Assembly: GCA_009914755.4 (NCBI GenBank)
Contig: CP068257.2
Span: 2,368,001-2,432,000 of the forward strand
Direction of reading: 5' to 3'
Origin: the human T2T-CHM13v2.0 reference genome, Homo sapiens
Length of the DNA stretch: 64,000 nucleotides
In this document: in pieces, positions 61,867 through 64,000 of the stretch
Position numbering within the stretch: the first letter of the stretch is position 1
How the letters are laid out: every line of letters starts with the position of its first letter
The notes under the pieces: generated by a model
The model's database searches: none
What the model was told of the DNA's origin: nothing
Seen by the model: only the letters and a program-made list of their open reading frames with translations
Translations under genes and position numbers: made by a program

Positions 61867-62880
61867 TTATTATGTGGGCAGCAAGCCACCCAGGTGCGAG
61901 GCAAGAGACCGAGGGCAAGAGCTGTTCCAGTGCAATAAAGAAAATATATAAAATAAGAATAGTTATACTAGATATAAATCATAGATATGATTATATATGA
62001 ATATCATTAATCATTAGTTTGTAGCAATTACTCTTTATTCCAATATTATAATAATCCTTGCTCTACAATAAAAACCTAGGAAAATCCAGACAATACGGAG
62101 ATGGGAGCTGAGGGGACATAGTGAGAAGTGACCAGAAGACAACAGTGTGAGCCTTCTGTTATGCCCGGACAGGGCCACCAGAGGGCTCCTTGGTCTAGCG
62201 GTAACACCAGCATCTGGGAAGATGCCCATGACCTAAAGGGACCATGGTCTAGCAGTAGCATCAGTGCCAAGGAAAAGCACCCCTACTTAGCCGACTGGGA
62301 AATGGAGTCTCCCTTTCCCCGGGGGAGTTTAGAGAAGACTCTGTTCCTCCACCTCCTGTGGAAGGCATGACGTCAGTCATTCCCACCTGCAGTTATCTGG
62401 AGGCCTGACCATCTCCCTGTGACACTGTGTTTCAGTGGTCACACTCCTAGTCCACTTTCATGTTCCCTCCCATACACCTGGCTTGCCTTTTAGATAGCAG
62501 TAGCAAAATTAGTGAAAGTACTAAAAGTCTCTGATATGCAGAAATAATGGCATAAGCTGTCTCCTCTCTGTCTCTCTCTCCCCACCTCAGCTGCCAAACA
62601 GGGAAGGGCCCCCGTCCAGTGGACACATGGCCCACATGACCTTACCTATCATTGGAGATGGCTCGCAATCCTTACCCTGCCCCCTTGTCTTGTATCCAAT
62701 AAATAACAGCACAGCCTGGCATTCGGGGTCACTACTGGTCTCTGTGTCTAGGTGGTAGTTGTTCCCTGGGCCCAGCTGTCTTTTCTTCTATCTCTTTGTC
62801 TTGTGTCTTTATTTCTATGATCTCTCATCTCCACACATGGGGAGAAAAACCCCACAGACCCTGTGGGGCTGGTCCCTACA
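61867..62880 (+). mobile_element. solo LTR of the same family as 52014-52948, inverted relative to it, about 1013 bp; TSD TTATTA; carries an internal 55-bp tandem duplication
   Basis: tgtgggcagcaagccacccaggtgcgaggcaagagaccgagggcaagagctgttccagtgcaataaag...gggagaaaaaccccacagaccctgtggggctggtccctaca; flanks ctgttatta | LTR | ttattagtc. Confidence 0.7.
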
Positions 62881-63090
62881 TTATTAGTCATAATTTTGGT
62901 TGCTATGTTAACTTTTTCCTAGAGTTATATTTATGTGGATATGTTATATGGATTTTTATACCCATATAACTTTCTATGTTGCTATAAAATTGCACTCACT
63001 CATAAAATACTGATAATACTGATATGTGAGAGATTTCTTGCTCCCTAGGTTTTCACTGTAATTTAAGGTTACTACGAGTTTAAAATTCTA

Positions 63091-63604
<514 letters not shown>

Positions 63605-64000
63605 TAAAAGTGTGCCTTAAAAAGTAGGATGAGTTTTTAATAAGAAAAAATGTATAAGAAATGCATAAAAACATGTTCTTTATTGAGAAAGAAATAATAA
63701 TTTTATATAATTTGAAGGTTATTTAAAGGTTGTTTCAAAATATTGATTCAGGAAAGACAGTGAAATGTTAAAGAAGAACCAGTAAGTAGAAGAGAGAGAT
63801 GTGAAGAAAGTTATTGATAGGGAGATGGAGATAGGAGAAGGTTGAAAAGAAAAGAAATATTTCACATGACAAAGAATCTTGTGTGGTAAATTTTCATCCT
63901 AAACTAAAATGGCTAGTTATTTAAGAGGGAAAGTACAGGATAAAGTGGAAAGCCCAAGCATGTCAACAATGGTCTGAGTAACTCATTTGTGAAAAGAGAA

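Overview
This window is primate, almost certainly human, nuclear DNA from a repeat-dense, KRAB zinc-finger-cluster-like region. It is not a prokaryotic locus, and I found no operons, tRNA or rRNA genes, or CRISPR arrays. The only gene-like content is one KRAB-C2H2 zinc-finger gene at about 35.5-39.9 kb on the + strand (KRAB-A exon, KRAB-B exon, large finger exon). It carries several frame disruptions and looks like a pseudogene. The rest is interspersed repeats: about 30 Alu copies, several old and young L1 fragments, a Tigger1 DNA transposon, MaLR/THE1-type LTRs, two HERV-K-like solo LTRs, and simple repeats. There are two tandem-satellite arrays. The first is a 147/144-bp satellite at 1.7-4.0 kb that carries an 882-aa Ser/Pro-rich open frame on the minus strand. 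The second is a 48-bp satellite of about 9.1 kb (roughly 190 monomers, 20.3-32.4 kb), split by a twin-primed L1 and an older L1 3' end. The most interesting structure is an internal paralogy: segment A (about 17.1-20.3 kb plus 32.4-35.0 kb) and segment B (about 40.0-50.0 kb) are diverged direct copies that flank the zinc-finger gene. Copy B holds a single 48-bp unit, sitting at the junction between a MaLR-type LTR terminus and its flank. At the same position copy A holds the 9-kb array. The window therefore seems to capture both the progenitor and the expanded state of a satellite. All coordinates are approximate (within 10-20 bp) because they were read by eye.
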